Shown here piece after piece: positions 17,598 through 20,000 of a stretch of DNA of 20,000 nucleotides. The DNA lies in the IMG/VR virus record IMGVR_UViG_3300027736_000023. The stretch is one strand, 5' to 3'. Source of the stretch: an uncultured virus (IMG/VR IMGVR_UViG_3300027736_000023). Taxonomy: Duplodnaviria; Heunggongvirae; Uroviricota; Caudoviricetes. Made by a program: the position numbers and the translations under genes. The notes beneath the pieces were generated by a model. The model was given only the letters and a program-made list of their open reading frames with translations, ran no database searches and had not been told where the DNA came from. How positions within the stretch are numbered: the stretch's first letter is position 1; every line of letters begins with the position of its first letter.

Positions 17598-18950
17598 ATG
17601 TATACTGATATAAACAAGCGAAACCTATTTGAAAATGTAAATCTTGGATTTGAATTCGAGTTTTTTTCACCAACTAGTAGAAAAGAACTTTCTGAAAAAT
17701 TAACTAAATATCTTGGTAAAAAGGTAGAATGGTCTGAATCATATCATTCACGTCAACCGGTATCTCAAAACGTATTTAAAATTGAACCTGATTTTTCAGG
17801 CGGATTTAAAATGAATGAGCTTATTACTGGAGTAATGCCGTATAATGAAGCAATTCATGTAATGTTTAAGGTTTTTAATTTTATTGCAGAACATGGATTT
17901 ACCAGTGAAAGAACAGGAATTCATATTAATATTTCATTAAATGAGGATGCTTTAGAGCTAAAAAGTAAATTACAGACCCTAAATGTATTTAAATATATTT
18001 TAAATTTAGATGAGGCTAAAATATTTGAAATGTGGCCATCTGCGAAATCTAGGACCCAAAGAATTTATAAAAACTCAGTATTAAATATTTATCCAAAAAC
18101 TAAATTTATTGCTGAAAAAAGTTTGCTATATTCTGGTCCAGCAAATCCCAGTAATTTTAACCTACCACATTCTAAATATTTTGGTCTAAATTTTACAAAG
18201 TTATCAAATAATTATCTTGAAGTTAGATATGCAGGCGGTGAAGGTTATCAAAATAAACGAAAAGAGTCAGTTGACCTAATTAACTATATAGCAGAGAGTC
18301 TCTATTCAGTTTTACAAACCAATAATGAATACTCAGTAAATGAAACCCGAAAAATAAATGATATATTAAAGGTTCATACTGATTTAATAAATTCAGTTAA
18401 AACATTTGAAGGATTTAAGAGATCATATCCTGAACTTGAACTATATATTGACTTAAGAGATGATCCTCGAATTGTTGAAGCTAACTATGCCAATGTTAAA
18501 GAAAAAATATTTGAGTTAATTACAACTGGTAATCTCCGAAAAGGCTTAATTAATTATGATACTTCGGCCCAACGCCTTCAATTAAAGGACTCAAAACTAA
18601 AAGAGGGATTTTCAATTAATAATATTGATTTTATAAATTGTTCAATTGAAGGAGAAATCACAAATTGTAACCTATTTGGTAGTAAAGTAAGATCATCACA
18701 TATTAGAGAGTGTAAGATTATAACCGGTAATGATATACGATATTGTTATATTAAAAATTGTCAATTTGAAAGAGATGGAGTTAACCGAATTGACCTTACC
18801 TATATTAAAAGTAAACCTGAATATCCTATTTATGCTGATTTAAATGAGTGTATTATTAGATCAGGCACGCTTGGTTTAAACTGTAAAGTTGATTCAAAAA
18901 CAGAATTTATAAAAGCATATACACCATCCAATAATTCAGATAAGTTATAA
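17598..18950 (+). CDS. Putative amidoligase (glutamine-synthetase-like COOH-NH2 ligase, Amidoligase_2 type) with C-terminal repeat/beta-helix-like extension, 450 aa
   Basis: The family motifs occur in order: GFEFEF (17646), IEPDFS, ELIT, TGIHINIS (approx 17913-17936), KYFGLN and YLEVRYAGG (approx 18212-18238). The C-terminal approx 110 aa show roughly 5-residue hydrophobic/Cys periodicity (FINCS IEGE ITNCN LFGSK VRSSH IRECK...IRYCY IKNCQ). Confidence 0.8.
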   Translation: MYTDINKRNLFENVNLGFEFEFFSPTSRKELSEKLTKYLGKKVEWSESYHSRQPVSQNVFKIEPDFSGGFKMNELITGVMPYNEAIHVMFKVFNFIAEHGFTSERTGIHINISLNEDALELKSKLQTLNVFKYILNLDEAKIFEMWPSAKSRTQRIYKNSVLNIYPKTKFIAEKSLLYSGPANPSNFNLPHSKYFGLNFTKLSNNYLEVRYAGGEGYQNKRKESVDLINYIAESLYSVLQTNNEYSVNETRKINDILKVHTDLINSVKTFEGFKRSYPELELYIDLRDDPRIVEANYANVKEKIFELITTGNLRKGLINYDTSAQRLQLKDSKLKEGFSINNIDFINCSIEGEITNCNLFGSKVRSSHIRECKIITGNDIRYCYIKNCQFERDGVNRIDLTYIKSKPEYPIYADLNECIIRSGTLGLNCKVDSKTEFIKAYTPSNNSDKL

Positions 18951-18964
18951 TACGATTAGCAATA

Positions 18965-18971
18965 ATAAATA
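18965..18971 (+). promoter_or_regulatory. T4 late-promoter-like motif (aATAAATAa) upstream of the last gene
   Basis: Lies in the 46-nt intergenic gap, 25 nt before GTG 18997. Confidence 0.55.
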
Positions 18972-18996
18972 AAGAAAAAGATACCAATTAATAAAC

Positions 18997-20000
18997 GTGG
19001 CAGTTCAAGTTAAACTTACCTCAGTTAAAAAATTAAGTTCAGTTAGTACAGCGTCAATGGTTGAACTATCTAACTTTAATTTTACAGCAATTGCATCTGC
19101 CGTTAGAGAATTTTTAGTATCTATTAATTATCAACAAGGAGTTGATGCAGTATCAGTTGATATTAATACAATTTCAGCCGATACTTTAAATATTAGAAAT
19201 GGACTTTCGGTATATGGTGCTCAATTAGAAAGCGGTAATTATCCAAAAGTTATTGAATTAGACCCAAGCGGCTCAATTATTTCTAAAAATATTATATTAG
19301 AGGATGTAGTTGATGCAAAACGAGTTAGATTAAGAGTTTTTGGACTTTTACCAAGTGTAGGTATTCCTGGTGAACTCGTATATATCGGTACTCAACTTTC
19401 TAAATCTGAAGGAATTTATGTTTGGTTAAATTCAACCGGCTGGACCCTAGTTGCTGGAACAAATGGAGTTGCTAAGTGTATGCAGGAGGTTTCAATGACA
19501 GCCACTGCTAATGTTATTAGTGCAGATAATTCGGTTGTTTCTCCTCAAGGTTTATTTCTATTTCCAGCCCCGCTTGCTGCAACTGGTTTTTTATTATTTG
19601 TTAATGGCCATCAAATTACAGTAGGAAATTCGGACTTAACTGCCCCGGCCTATTTAAGTAAAGATTCAGGAGTCACAGCCTCTTCTTTTAATGAAGTTGA
19701 TGTGACTGACCAACTATGTTGGAATCCATCGGTTGCTGGATTTAATTTAGATACTTCTGATACAATTACACTAAGGTATTTTACAGAAGATCCATATTGT
19801 TCACAAACTGGCTATACTTGCATAACCGGAATTGCAAGTTCTTCTACTACTACCTGGAATCAATTTACTATTCAAATAATTGGAACCCCAACTGAGCCTG
19901 GCCCAATTACTATTTGTAAAATACCTAATTTAACCGCCGGCTCTGCCACTTTACCTACCGGTTATTCATTAAGTAATACAATATTATCATATACAATATC
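18997..20000 (+). CDS. Fibre-like / virion structural protein, 3'-truncated (>334 aa), not in the ORF track
   Basis: GTG at 18997 opens a frame with no stop to the window end: MAVQVKLTSVKKLSSVSTASMVELSNFNFTAIASAVREF...GELVYIG...IYVWLNSTGW...FVNGHQITVG..APAYLSKDSG...LCWNPSVAGFNLDTSDTITLRY... It is preceded by ATAAATA at 18965. Confidence 0.85.
   Translation, partial: MAVQVKLTSVKKLSSVSTASMVELSNFNFTAIASAVREFLVSINYQQGVDAVSVDINTISADTLNIRNGLSVYGAQLESGNYPKVIELDPSGSIISKNIILEDVVDAKRVRLRVFGLLPSVGIPGELVYIGTQLSKSEGIYVWLNSTGWTLVAGTNGVAKCMQEVSMTATANVISADNSVVSPQGLFLFPAPLAATGFLLFVNGHQITVGNSDLTAPAYLSKDSGVTASSFNEVDVTDQLCWNPSVAGFNLDTSDTITLRYFTEDPYCSQTGYTCITGIASSSTTTWNQFTIQIIGTPTEPGPITICKIPNLTAGSATLPTGYSLSNTILSYTI

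Noticed and set aside
230..20000. Stop-codon reassignment (TAG or TGA recoding as in some large gut phages)
   Set aside because: Genes are uninterrupted under the standard code and coding density is near complete, so no recoding is needed. TAA-only stops fit the low GC, though they do not exclude recoding elsewhere in the genome.
1..20000. CRISPR array, tRNA/rRNA, intrinsic terminators
   Set aside because: Intergenic gaps are at most 78 nt, and no regularly spaced repeats, cloverleafs or GC hairpin plus U-tract were seen.

Overview
AT-rich (roughly 30% GC by eye), gene-dense window that reads as the late/virion-morphogenesis region of a large tailed dsDNA phage with distant T4-like traits, probably a jumbo phage. 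The + strand carries a partial gene and three very large genes of unknown function that are probably structural (738, 1211 and 2047 aa). These are followed by a collagen-containing tail-fibre-like gene (799 aa), a T4 gp14-like neck protein enlarged to 689 aa, a COOH-NH2 ligase (amidoligase, Amidoligase_2-like) with a repeat-like C-terminus, and a further fibre-like gene that runs off the window and is absent from the ORF track. One hypothetical gene lies on the - strand. A T4 late-promoter-like ATAAATA motif precedes four genes, including a back-to-back divergent pair. No starts have Shine-Dalgarno motifs, which suggests a Bacteroidota host (inference). The most interesting item is the apparently late-expressed amidoligase embedded among virion genes, a candidate virion- or envelope-modifying system. 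No tRNA, rRNA, CRISPR array, mobile element or recoding was seen. All family assignments are by-eye motif recognition; no database search was run.
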